NCBI GenBank assembly: GCA_963782915.1
Contig: CAWALK010000018.1
Span: 192,001 to 256,000 of the forward strand
Direction: 5' to 3'
DNA from: an uncultured archaeon
GTDB lineage: Archaea; Thermoproteota; Bathyarchaeia; Bathyarchaeales; Bathycorpusculaceae
Length of the DNA: 64,000 nt
The notes beneath the pieces are model-generated. The model worked only from the letters and a program-made list of their open reading frames with translations, searched no databases and was not told where the DNA came from. Made by a program: the position numbers and the translations under genes. Of this stretch, positions 9,834-19,768 are shown piece after piece. Every line of letters begins with the position of its first letter. Position 1 is the stretch's first letter.

Positions 9834-10893
9834 ATGTTGATACGAACCGAAAAACTCAGAGAAGCCGCAGCTAAAGACAATAAACCAGGAACCTTTGCAG
9901 TCTTTAACCAAGCAAACATAACCTACTTCACCAATTTCTCAGGAGCAACAGCGCTACTAATCCCCGAGCAGGGAGAGGGCATACTTTTTGTGTCAGGCAC
10001 TAACTATCAGCAAGCAAAAACAGAAGTTCAAGGTTTCGATGTGCAGCTTCTAAAACGGGGCGAGAGCATGATGGAGAAAATCGCATCACATGCCCAAAAG
10101 GGAAAACTCTCCGTTGACAGCTTACCCATTGAGAGTTGGCGAGTACTTGCTAGAGCAGTTAGGCGGCGAAGAAAAACTGGAGCCAGCAAACTATTTGATT
10201 CGTCAACTGCGTGAAGTAAAGGATGAGGGGGAAATCAAGCTTATTCGTGAAGCCTGCAGAATGGCTGACGAGGGCATGAAAGCCGCAGCCCAAACCATAG
10301 CGGTGGGCGTAAAGGAGAAGGAAGTTGCGGCGGAAGCAGAGTATGCCATGCGTAAAGCAGGCTCAGATGGGGTTGCTTTTGAAACCATCGTGTCCTCGGG
10401 TGTTTGCTGTGCTTTTCCTCATGGAACCCTCATGGAAAAAACAATCCAAGACGGCGATTTTATAACTGTGGATTTAGGTGCAACCTATCGATTCTACAAG
10501 TCAGATATAACAAGGACTTTCATCGCTGGCAAATCCACTGAGAAACAGAAAGTCATCTATGAAGCGGTGCGGTTGGCGCATCAGAGGGCATTTGAAAAAA
10601 TAGCGCCCAATGTTTTAGCGAGTAAGGTGGATTTTGCGGGATGGCGTGTTATCGATAAAGCTGGGTTTGGCGACTATTTTGTGCATAACTTGGGTCATGG
10701 TGTTGGTGTAGAGATTCATGAAGCACCCGTTTTGGGTCCTGAAAGCAGAGACATACTCCAAGCCGGCAATGTGGTAACCGATGAACCAGGAATCTACATC
10801 CCCGAATACGGCGGCGTTCGCATCGAAGACACAGTTTTAGTTACAGGGAAAGGCGCAGAAAAACTAACCACCTCACCAATCATGGTACCATAA
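9834..10893 (+). CDS. pepP: Xaa-Pro aminopeptidase/prolidase (M24B), split by a frameshift near 10160
   Basis: Creatinase-like N-terminal ORF plus FPHG, DLGA, SDITRT, HNLGHGVG, EPGIY, VRIED. Confidence 0.88.
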
Positions 10894-10921
10894 CGCAGAA
10901 AAGGCTCCCGCCACTAATTTT

Positions 10922-11506
10922 ATGGTGGAGCAGATTCTTTTGATTAGTAATCCAGCAGTCATCCTCATCGATGTACAGAACGATTTTTTCTCAGGGGTCC
11001 TAAAAATTAAGAGAGCCACAAACATAATTGAGCCCCTGCAGCGGCTTGTTGTTGCGGCACGGAAGAATCAAGTGCCAGTGATCTATAGCATCGACGCCCA
11101 CTACCCGCAAGATGTTGAGATTACTCGGAAATGGGGCAGCCACGCCATCAAAGGCACAGAAGGAGCAGAAGTTATCCCCGAATTAGCCCCAGACAAAACC
11201 CTCGACTACATTGTGGAGAAGCGTACTTACAGTGGCTTCTACGAGACAGGCTTGGAGCCCCTGTTGCGTAGCCTCTACAAGGGCGACGGCGTAAAAACCG
11301 TGATTTTAGGGGGCTTACATACCAACATGTGCATACGCCACACTTCAGCGGACGCGTTTTTCCGCGGTTACCACATTGTAATCCCCGAGGATGGCGTTGA
11401 AGCCTTCAATGAAGAGGATCACAGGCAGGGTTTGAAGTATCTTGATTATGTTTATAATGCTAAGGTTATGTTGACGAATGATATTATTCGGGAAATCGTA
11501 AAATAA
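10922..11506 (+). CDS. Isochorismatase/nicotinamidase-family cysteine hydrolase
   Basis: IDVQNDF, EKRTYSGF, TNMCIRHT. Confidence 0.9.
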   Translation: MVEQILLISNPAVILIDVQNDFFSGVLKIKRATNIIEPLQRLVVAARKNQVPVIYSIDAHYPQDVEITRKWGSHAIKGTEGAEVIPELAPDKTLDYIVEKRTYSGFYETGLEPLLRSLYKGDGVKTVILGGLHTNMCIRHTSADAFFRGYHIVIPEDGVEAFNEEDHRQGLKYLDYVYNAKVMLTNDIIREIVK

Positions 11507-11525
11507 TAAAAAGATGCTCACGAGT

Positions 11526-11729
11526 TCAAAACTTTTTGTTGCATTTAGTAATCGCTGACCCTATCAGCACCCCCAACGCTACCGCTACCGAAGCTATGGC
11601 GAAGGTTTCATGATGCAAATCGCCTATTTGGAACCATAACCCAAACGTAACTTTCTGTTGGAACAAAATCAGAAACGCAATAACAACAAAAACCGCGGCA
11701 ATTAGCACCGCTACCCAACGATTACTCAA
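11526..11729 (-). CDS. Small two-helix membrane protein
   Basis: Two hydrophobic segments flanking DLHHE. Confidence 0.55.
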   Translation of the reverse strand: MSNRWVAVLIAAVFVVIAFLILFQQKVTFGLWFQIGDLHHETFAIASVAVALGVLIGSAITKCNKKF

Positions 11730-11872
11730 AAAAGCACCACTAAATAGGTATCCAATGGAGGGTTTAAATTTACTTACAACTTGGCGCTACCTGTTCTCTG
11801 CGAGAACGGTTTTGTTCCGTAGGGAGCATTATATCAAGCCTTCACTGCATAGTTGAGCGGTGAAAAACCGAA

Positions 11873-12643
11873 ATGCAAATCGAAAAAAAACTAATCCTAT
11901 GCAGCATCCTAGCCATATCAATCGGAATCGCAACAATAGCACCCTTAACATACCTAATGAACACGGAGGGAGCGTCGGCTTTGCCAGATGTTGAGCCCTG
12001 GTTCAACGTGAACGTACCATACGCCTACTGTGACCCCTACCAAAGCGGCGGAAACGGAACAACCGCCTGGGACGGAGCCGCAATTAATGCAGTCGCAAAC
12101 TTTAGCTTAACACCTGGCGCTATGGAGTCAGATGTAGATGCACAGATTGAATACTACAAGTTCGCTGTTTCTTCTGAGCAGGGACCAATTGTTGACATGG
12201 GCTATTATATCGCTGAAAGCAACAAAATTGTCGATGTAATGATGTCAAGCGGCGGGTTAAACGACACAATCACCTTCGCAAACGGCTTAACCTACAGCCC
12301 ACCAGCAATTAGCGGCTCCCAAGCCGCAAGTTGGTCGGGCCAAGTCATAGGTTGGACGGGAGATAAACCCATCAGCAGCGTATATGGAGCACCATACTAT
12401 ATCATGTCGACATACAACGGTGAATTACCCCAAGCAGCCACTCAACTCAGAAACGCACAGACACTAAGCATCGATGTTAGCAAAGTCAGCACTGTCACAG
12501 TCAAAGGAAACGTCGTCGTCACCACACCAGCAGAACCCACAATCCTACAGCACATAGAGCTAACAAAAACCGACAACGGATTCGTCTACGGAACAAATAC
12601 TGAGTGCCCATCACCTTATAACTTCACTAAACCGCAGCCATAA
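11873..12643 (+). CDS. Secreted or membrane-anchored hypothetical protein
   Basis: KKLILCSILAISIGIATIAPL signal anchor; beta-rich S/T/G-rich body. Confidence 0.7.
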   Translation: MQIEKKLILCSILAISIGIATIAPLTYLMNTEGASALPDVEPWFNVNVPYAYCDPYQSGGNGTTAWDGAAINAVANFSLTPGAMESDVDAQIEYYKFAVSSEQGPIVDMGYYIAESNKIVDVMMSSGGLNDTITFANGLTYSPPAISGSQAASWSGQVIGWTGDKPISSVYGAPYYIMSTYNGELPQAATQLRNAQTLSIDVSKVSTVTVKGNVVVTTPAEPTILQHIELTKTDNGFVYGTNTECPSPYNFTKPQP

Positions 12644-12657
12644 CAACCGTAGGAACC

Positions 12658-13134
12658 GTGAACGCTTTGACTAATGAGGAACTCGAAGGCAACACATTAA
12701 CAGTCTACGCATACATTGTCCACGAAGCCAAACCAGTGGGAACAAGAGACGTCACCAGAGGCGCAGAACTTAGCAGCACCAGCGTCGCACACCGCCATCT
12801 GCAAAAACTGGAAGCATTAGGGTTAATTGAGAAAAACAGCTACGGCGATTTTATCCTAAAGGAAAAAGCAAGCATCAACGGGCACGTGTGGGTCGGCAAA
12901 AACCTTGTGCCGCGGTTGATGTTTTACTCCTTCTTTTTTTTGGGCGCATTCGCCGCAGAAGTAAGTATAGTATTGCTCAGTTTGGTAATTAAGGATTTAG
13001 TGATTCAAGTTAGCTTTTTGTTCTTGACGGGGATGACTGCGGTTACTATGGTATTGTTTTTAGTCGAGGGCATATTGTTGTACCGAAAAGTCAGCCCAAA
13101 ACATATGTCTAAAGGTGAGGTTGTTGGGGAATAG
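12658..13134 (+). CDS. Winged-helix protein with two C-terminal TM helices
   Basis: GNTLTVY, GTRDV...LSSTSVAHRHLQKLEALGLIEK HTH, then hydrophobic helices. Confidence 0.75.
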   Translation: MNALTNEELEGNTLTVYAYIVHEAKPVGTRDVTRGAELSSTSVAHRHLQKLEALGLIEKNSYGDFILKEKASINGHVWVGKNLVPRLMFYSFFFLGAFAAEVSIVLLSLVIKDLVIQVSFLFLTGMTAVTMVLFLVEGILLYRKVSPKHMSKGEVVGE

Positions 13135-13365
13135 GGAGGTTCTTGCAGCCTTAGAGTTGATCCTCAGCGCAGAGACTGATTACGGGTTCTCTGTTGACTA
13201 TGACGCGGAAGCTAACCCGATTATTGTGGTTGCGCCGAAAATAAAAGTTAACCAGGCAACCAGCAATCCATTGATAGGCACTTAGGCTGTGGTCAGCGCT
13301 AAATCGTTTTTTTAAAGATTGCGCTTACCAAGAGAAGCAAAAAGAATAGCTGTTTACGGAGTTTT

Positions 13366-13446
13366 CTATATTTAGGGGAGGGGGTAGGTCGGCAGAGCAA
13401 CAAAAGCTGAACCTATGTTACTTTATAAAAGGGAGGGGGAGGTCAC
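13366..13446 (+). repeat. Dispersed bipartite G-rich repeat, copy A
   Basis: CTATATTTAGGGGAGGGGGTAGGTCGGCAGAGCAACAAAAG...TTTATAAAAGGGAGGGGGAGGTCAC; aligns with 27843-27920 and 34477-34511. Confidence 0.8.
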
Positions 13447-13531
13447 TTTGAGCTATCGACAGGGCTTCCAACATAACGTTAATAGCAAATTTTTTAGGCA
13501 TAAAACACCTTAGTGGGATTAGGCGATAAAT

Positions 13532-14173
13532 TTGACCGCTGATTTATTGCAGCAACTCAGCAACAAAGAAATCAGCAAAGCACAGCTTTTTGGGTTAGTT
13601 GCAGCTGATTTTGGTTTGCTGCCCATATTATTCGAGGGCACTCAATCAGTCAAAGCCACCATACGTTATGGTTGCGGCAGTGTCCTGATGGATCTAAGCG
13701 CCAAACATCCAGACAAGTTGTATCCCTACATGGACAATTTTGTTGCGCTGCTCGACAGCAAGCATAGGATTTTGACTTGGAATGCATTGGGAGCCATCGC
13801 CAACCTCACCGCAGCCGATGCGGACTGCAAATTTGATGCCTTATTCGAGCGGTATTATGGTTTTTTAGGCAGCGAATACATGGTTACAATAGCGAATGTA
13901 GTTGGGTTTTCAGCATCGATTATTCCCAACAAACCCTACTTAGCCAACAGAATACAGGCGGAACTGCTAAAAGTGCAGAATCTCCAGACAACACCGCACT
14001 TAACAGAAGAATGCAAACTCGTCATAGCACAACAAGCCATCGAAACCTTCAACACCCTAATCCAATACACCCAAAACAAAGCCCCGCTAATCGAATTTGC
14101 GCAGAAACACCAAAATAGCCCAAGAAATGCACTAAGAAAGGAAGCATTAAAATTTATTAAAAAATGGCAATAA
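13532..14173 (+). CDS. HEAT/ARM-repeat-like hypothetical protein
   Basis: Helical repeats: HPDKLYPYMDNFVALLDSK, LTWNALGAIANL. Confidence 0.65.
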   Translation: MTADLLQQLSNKEISKAQLFGLVAADFGLLPILFEGTQSVKATIRYGCGSVLMDLSAKHPDKLYPYMDNFVALLDSKHRILTWNALGAIANLTAADADCKFDALFERYYGFLGSEYMVTIANVVGFSASIIPNKPYLANRIQAELLKVQNLQTTPHLTEECKLVIAQQAIETFNTLIQYTQNKAPLIEFAQKHQNSPRNALRKEALKFIKKWQ

Positions 14174-14195
14174 ACGTGGGGTAGCCACGTTTTTT
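14172..14195. terminator. Bidirectional hairpin terminator
   Basis: AAACGTGG-GGTAG-CCACGTTT between convergent stop codons. Confidence 0.6.
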
Positions 14196-14370
14196 ATTGC
14201 GCTAATTCAGCATCTGCGGAACCGCTGACTAACGCGGTTATCCTTATTTTCACGTGCTCGTTAAGTTTGGCGCCTTTAATGAATACAGGGAAACCCTTGA
14301 TTTTTGCGACGCCTTCTCCGTTTGGAGCAACATCAAAAATATCCACTTCGAATTCTTCTCCAACATCCAT
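14194..14370 (-). CDS. Single TRAM-domain protein (RNA-chaperone type; not in ORF track)
   Basis: MDVGEEFEVDIFDVAPNGEGVAKIKGFPVFIKGAKLNEHVKIRI; the open frame extends upstream through a basic leader, so the start is uncertain. Confidence 0.8.
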   Translation of the reverse strand: MDVGEEFEVDIFDVAPNGEGVAKIKGFPVFIKGAKLNEHVKIRITALVSGSADAELAQ

Positions 14371-14504
14371 TGGATAAGCTACGCCTCTGCCTCTGTTTTT
14401 GGCGTTTCTAGGAGCTCTTTTTTTGGGACTTAAAGCATATCATCCTCGGTTGATTAATAATGATTAATTGTGTGGAATAAGGGTTTTGCTTTTTTGGATA
14501 GAAG

Positions 14505-14555
14505 TTGTTGGCTTGAGGTGATTTGAAATCCTGACCAACAGATTATAAGCTTGGC
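14505..14555 (-). repeat. Degenerate direct repeat of the 3' 51 nt of tRNA-Ile(CAU), att-like
   Basis: 42/51 ungapped identity to 15234-15284 by manual alignment. Confidence 0.85.
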
Positions 14556-14583
14556 TAAAGGTCGTTCCTATAGCATTAGGATT

Positions 14584-14936
14584 CTATTTTGCCCGTGTGA
14601 CTTTAATGCGGTCTTCTCTAACAGTTACAACCATATTATCCATAACTACTTTTGTTGATAACACTGTTGAATTCGTTTAGCTATCTGTTGGGGTGACTTA
14701 GGAACAAACATCAGCAGTATGATACCTTTAGTCTGGCGTTTCTCTTTAAAGACAAGTTGTGCAAAATCATGGTCAAAAGTCACGAGAAATCTGCTCGCTG
14801 CATTAGCTTCTTCTAAAACAGCCCTATCCTTTAATCCCTGTAGCGTCTCAGAAATGGAGATAATATCTACGCCTCGGCTTTTTAATAAATCAATAGCTTC
14901 TAAGGGGATGTTCTCGTCAGCGATTAGTTTAGTCAA
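14584..14936 (-). CDS. DUF5615-type PIN-domain toxin (frameshift near 14665)
   Basis: LIADENIP, KDRAVLEEA, LVTFDHDF; C-terminus continues in another frame as VLSTKVVMDNMVVTVREDRIKV. Confidence 0.8.
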
Positions 14937-15166
14937 GGAAGCGCATAGACCTTCTCTTCCTTCATAACCTCTGTAGCGTATTTGAGAACCGCTGTGATGT
15001 CCTGCTGCTTTAGCTGTGGATAATTCTTCAAAATTTTTGCGCAAGTCCAACCGTTTGCCAGCAACTCCATGATAAATTCAACCGCTAATCTAGTTCCCTT
15101 AATGACTGGTTTGCCAGCTAAAATTTCTGGGTCGACGCTTATTCGGTTTCTCCACGCTTCAGCCAT
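14933..15166 (-). CDS. DUF433-family antitoxin
   Basis: RISVDPEILAGKPVIKGTRLAVEFI...YPQL. Confidence 0.88.
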   Translation of the reverse strand: MAEAWRNRISVDPEILAGKPVIKGTRLAVEFIMELLANGWTCAKILKNYPQLKQQDITAVLKYATEVMKEEKVYALP

Positions 15167-15233
15167 ACGGGCACCATGCAAATATTGAATTAAAGATAAT
15201 ATAAATTCGCTGGATAAGTCGGTTGAAATTGAA

Positions 15234-15310
15234 TGGTGGGCCCGAGGTGATTTGAACACCTGACCAACAGATTATGAGTCTGGCGCTCTACCTAACTGAG
15301 CTACGGGCCC
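15234..15310 (-). tRNA. tRNA with CAU anticodon, probably tRNA-Ile2 (agmatidine type)
   Basis: GGGCCCGTAGCTCAGTTAGGTAGAGCGCCAGACT-CAT-AATCTGTTGGTCAGGTGTTCAAATCACCTCGGGCCCACCA; GGGCCC acceptor typical of archaeal Ile tRNAs; encoded CCA. Confidence 0.9.
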
Positions 15311-15582
15311 AAACCGCTGTACTCTTAATATTGCTGTTCCAAACAAGATTTAAACATTTTCTGCCTAAGAGCGAAGTAACCAAGCGATTCATATATTTGC
15401 CATCCAAACCGTCTCAAAAAAGATTCAGCCAGCATATCCAATTACGAGTTAGACATTCGCAGGTCATGCACTCGAACCAAACTGTAGGAACCTAAAAACG
15501 GGTTGTTGATGTGCATAAGGACTTTTCTGCAACAACAACTATACTGGAAAACAGACATTAAACCAACAAAACAAAAAGAAAG

Positions 15583-15834
15583 CTATGGTTTGCCAAACCA
15601 TTTCTCGTACCAAGCAACATACATGCTCAGGCACTCTTTCTGGTAGGACTCATCACTTTCTTCTTTTAGGCAACTGGCGAGTTCTAGGTTATGTGTGAGT
15701 TCATCTTTTGCTTCCTGCATCAACGTTTCAACGTCGTCGAGCATGTCGTTGCCTCCTGAGGCATAATCCTTTTTTGTTTGCTTCAAGAATATGCGTTTGT
15801 CGTTGATTAATTGGTTAATTTTGCCCTCACTCAT
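15583..15834 (-). CDS. Hypothetical protein
   Basis: 83-aa ORF from MSEGKINQ, ending WYEKWFGKP. Confidence 0.5.
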   Translation of the reverse strand: MSEGKINQLINDKRIFLKQTKKDYASGGNDMLDDVETLMQEAKDELTHNLELASCLKEESDESYQKECLSMYVAWYEKWFGKP

Positions 15835-15871
15835 AGGATGCACCAGTAAGCAAATGCTTGGCGACGGCATT

Positions 15872-16733
15872 TTAACGTTGTGTTCGCTCGTAATGGTAGA
15901 GGTATTCTTGTGCGTAGCCGGCGTAGCATCCAAAGTAGGTTCGGGCGAAGTCACCGATTTTTATGTACTCGCCATTAGTTAAGGAGTCATGGCTTTGCAT
16001 CTTCTTCACCAGAGCCTCGGGAAATTGGCTGCTGTAATGGTTCAATATAACACGTTTAACCCAGACATCCACTGGAAAAGCCTCGGATTTCTCCAGCGAA
16101 AACAGCATTACACAATCAGCCACTTTTAAACCGACCCCGGAAAACTCCAGGAGCTTTTTTCTTGCTTCCAAATAAGGCATTGTTTTCAAAGCTTCAAGGT
16201 CAATTTGTTCCTCATGAATCTTTTTTGCTGTTGCCAGTAAATACTTTGCGCGGTAACCCAATCCGCATTCACGCAAACCATTCTCACTTGCACAAGCCAA
16301 CCGCTCAACAGACGGTAAAGTATAGAAGTCTATACCGTCAACAACTTTCTTTTCGCCGTATTTTGCGGAGATTTTGCGCAGCATGACTTCGATGGCGGCG
16401 ATGCTCTTGTAGGTGGCGCAGATGAAGCTGATTAGGCATTCCCATGGAACTTGGCGTACAATGCGTAAGCCTTCGAACCTTTGAAGTGCTATTCGGATGT
16501 AATCGTCTTTGGCGATGCAGTTGCTGATTTGGGCTAAATCGTCGTTTAAGCCGAAATATTGCCGCACAAAAGCTTCGCTCTCACCCCAAAACTCAAGTTC
16601 AGATCGCAGTCTGACGGATTTTGATGATGTTTTCGCCGACAACCCCATACCACCAACCATCCACCTTTTTCCAGCGAAACACCTGCCCACAACAGAGCGA
16701 AAAATCCAAGTCAAACGCAACATCAAGCCGCAT
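15872..16733 (-). CDS. ogg: 8-oxoguanine DNA glycosylase (OGG1-type HhH), frameshift near 16610
   Basis: CGQVFRW N-terminus in another frame; WECLISFIC, GLGYRAKY, GVGLKVADC, FPVDVW, YAGYAQEYL. Confidence 0.88.
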
Positions 16734-16738
16734 ACACT

Positions 16739-18856
16739 CTACTCCATGAACTTTTCAGCCTTCGGCACTTCCAAGGCAAGGCCTTTGCGTTTGCGCATAC
16801 CACCAATAACTTCCATAGCAAGTTTCTGGGGCATCTTTTCCCAATGATCAAAGAATGACTGCCAAACTGCCCTGCCTGAAGTCGTCGAACGCAGCTCCAT
16901 CGAGAACCCAAAAGTTTCAGCGACCGGAATATAACCGGTAATTTGGGCTAAGAGCCCCTTCTGTTCAAACAGTATAACTTTGCCACGTTTAGTGGTGAGA
17001 ATGCGTGAGCATTCGCCGGAGAGTTCTGAGGCTACGGTTATTATGATTTTGTAGATGGGTTCTTGGAGTGTTGGGTTTGCGGTTAAGAAACTGGCGAATA
17101 TTGCTTTACCGACTGCACGCATGATTTCGGAATCAGCTGTTGCGGTTGCACCGAGCTCCAAATCGATGAGGTTCACTTGAAGATGGCGCATTGGTTCACC
17201 GCATAATGGTCCGGCTTTGCAAGCGTATTCGAACCCAGCGATTATCGCCGCCAACACCTCTTCGGGTAACTGCCCTGTTTTGTCGTTGTAATCCAATAGT
17301 ACGTTGCGGTGTTCATCGATTGATAGAACGGTGCCTCGGTTTTCATCAGTTTGTGCGCCATGTTCCTGTTCGGGTTCAACCTGCATCCAAAAGCTACTCT
17401 GCTTATCGGGACTCTTCGCTAATGTAACCGCGCCGTCTTTTTGTGCGCTTTCCATATAAACAACCCGCGGCTCCGAAACCCCAAGTTTGGCTCCGCCCGC
17501 TTTTAATTCGTTGAGTGCGACTTCCAGATGCAATTCACCCATGCCGCTGAGCAGGTACTCGCCTGTTTCTTTATCGATGGTTGCTTTGAGGTTGGGGTCT
17601 TCTGAAGCAAGCTTCTGCAGTCCTTGCATAAGCGTTTCTATGTCTTGGGGATTTTTGGGTTCCACAGCCAACGTTACCACAGGTTCAGACACATAATTGA
17701 TGCATTCGAAAGGCACCATACCGTCCTTATGGGAAAAATCAACAAGGGTTTCCCCAGCAGCAACAGTACCACTCAAAGTTAACGTTGCCAAGTTGCCTGC
17801 TAAAGTTTCAGGCACCTCTTCACGCAGTGCCCCCATATCAACATAAACGGCTTTAACTTCGCATTCACCCAAAGTATCGACTAAATGCAGTTTATCGCCT
17901 TTCTTGATTTTGCCGGAAAAAAGCCGTCCAGTCGCAAAAGTATCACCGTTCTTGTCGGCGTGTACGTTAGTGACAAACAGCACTCCTGGTCCGTCGTCAC
18001 TGCAGTTGGAGAGTGCTTCGCCGACTTTTGAGTCAACGTTTCCATCCCAGATACTGCCAATGCGGTAGCCTTGAGCTTGTCGCGGATTGGGAATGCTGCA
18101 AATTGCCATTTCAGTTATTGCAGTATAAACAGGCAGGGATTTCTTGAGGTTGGATGCAGTGCCGTCTTTGTGGGCTTTTATTATATCTGAGAATTTAATT
18201 CCCTGCTGCTTTGCCATGTTAAAGGTGAATCCCCAGCCGTAAAGGGCTGCTCCGAAAGCCACGTTACCCATAGCGGGGCTGATTCGCCATTGGCTCTTGA
18301 ATTGGGATTCAGCGTTGAGTTCTATTAAGTCGTTGAAGGTGCCGATTATGTGGTCAAGTTTCTTTTGGATTTGTTCTTCGCTGAGTTGAAGTTCAGTGAT
18401 TAATCGGTCTATTTTGTTAATGAAAAGTACTGGGCGCACGCGTTCTTGGAGTGCTTGGCGGGTGAGGATTTCGGTTTGCGCCATAATCTCCTCCACCGCA
18501 TCGACGACGACTACTGCGCCATCGATAACGCGCAATGCCCTTGTGACTTTGCCTGTAAAATCGACGTGCCCAGGTGTATCAACCAAGTTGATGATGTAGG
18601 GTTCAGCGGCGTAGTTGTAGAGTAATGTTATGTTGGCGGTTTTTATGGTGATTTTTCGTTTCTGCTCTTCCGCAAGGTAATCCAGCACCCGTGCCATGCC
18701 AGCCATCTGCGTGGAGAGCAACCCTGCCCCAGCCAAAAGCGAATCCGCCAATGTAGTTTTGCCATGGTCAATATGGGCGATTATCCCAATATTGCGAATG
18801 TGCTCTTTGTCGCCCATTAACTGCTGAATCTGTGGAATTTGTTTAAACCGCGGCAT
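16739..18856 (-). CDS. Elongation factor 2 paralog (aEF-2p-like, no diphthamide His loop)
   Basis: AHIDHGKTT, DTPGHVDF, NKID, GMGELHLE, GPLCGEPM; HxDxxHRG absent. Confidence 0.85.
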   Translation of the reverse strand: MPRFKQIPQIQQLMGDKEHIRNIGIIAHIDHGKTTLADSLLAGAGLLSTQMAGMARVLDYLAEEQKRKITIKTANITLLYNYAAEPYIINLVDTPGHVDFTGKVTRALRVIDGAVVVVDAVEEIMAQTEILTRQALQERVRPVLFINKIDRLITELQLSEEQIQKKLDHIIGTFNDLIELNAESQFKSQWRISPAMGNVAFGAALYGWGFTFNMAKQQGIKFSDIIKAHKDGTASNLKKSLPVYTAITEMAICSIPNPRQAQGYRIGSIWDGNVDSKVGEALSNCSDDGPGVLFVTNVHADKNGDTFATGRLFSGKIKKGDKLHLVDTLGECEVKAVYVDMGALREEVPETLAGNLATLTLSGTVAAGETLVDFSHKDGMVPFECINYVSEPVVTLAVEPKNPQDIETLMQGLQKLASEDPNLKATIDKETGEYLLSGMGELHLEVALNELKAGGAKLGVSEPRVVYMESAQKDGAVTLAKSPDKQSSFWMQVEPEQEHGAQTDENRGTVLSIDEHRNVLLDYNDKTGQLPEEVLAAIIAGFEYACKAGPLCGEPMRHLQVNLIDLELGATATADSEIMRAVGKAIFASFLTANPTLQEPIYKIIITVASELSGECSRILTTKRGKVILFEQKGLLAQITGYIPVAETFGFSMELRSTTSGRAVWQSFFDHWEKMPQKLAMEVIGGMRKRKGLALEVPKAEKFME

Positions 18857-18919
18857 AACTTAACCCGTTAAGATAGGCATAGTTGGAATGGATGTGCCTA
18901 TTAACTTTTTAACTTAAAT

Positions 18920-19623
18920 TCAGCGGGCGTTGCTTGGGTTCTCTGAAGCAACAGCGCCAATTAGTGCGGGTGGACGCAGTTTAGTGGCATGGTACTTTTG
19001 AACCAACGTAACCGTTTGAGACACATACGCTAACCCCGCAAAAACTACAGTTACAGCGAAAGGTGCATACAGAGTAGACAGCATCAATCCATCAGCTAAA
19101 CCGTTGCCCCCAATTACAACACCAGAAAAATAGGGCAAATATGCCAAATCAACCAATAACAAGGACACGGGAACGCATGCAAGGGCTAACATAAGCGATG
19201 ATACGAAGACTTTTTCGTAAACCGCTGAAGGGTTTAGGGTAAACATTCACTACCGCGGCAATTATGCCCACGGCTAGTGCAAAGGGCAGTGGATAACCTG
19301 ATATTCCCTCGGGGGTTTGTCGGCAGAGCAAAAACGCTACTGATGATGGATGCAGAGAATGCGATTGCAGCTTTCTTTAGCGGATACCTCGCAGATTTAA
19401 TGAATACAGCCATAAAGACCAGCGCCGCCGCAAGGGGAACAACAGCACCCAACAGGTCGATACCCAAAGAATCGGTAAGCAGTATGGGTGAGTAGCAAGG
19501 GTTTACTTCGAAGTTGTCTCTGAAGATGCCAACGGCGGATATTCCCCAAGCTGCCACCAAGATACCTAACAGGGCAACTAGGATGCCTTTACAGTACAAC
19601 TTGACATCTGCGCTAACGGGCAT
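18920..19623 (-). CDS. DUF1614-like membrane protein, frameshifted
   Basis: GIDLLGAVVP and VDL...IGGNGLADG motifs spread over overlapping frames. Confidence 0.55.
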
Positions 19624-19768
19624 GGCTCTTCACGTTTACTGATGTGAGAAGCTTGGAGGTTATAATTGGGTGCATACGTTATTTTTGGACACACGCCCAT
19701 TAATGCCAAATTCTGGGGTCAGGGCGAAAAGGCTTTGTTCTTTCCCGTTACTGTTAGGTGCGAATGCT

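Noticed and set aside
14505-14555. A second tRNA gene (UAU anticodon) or split-tRNA half
   Set aside because: No 5' half or D-arm, mismatches disrupt the acceptor and T stems, and no complementary leader is visible
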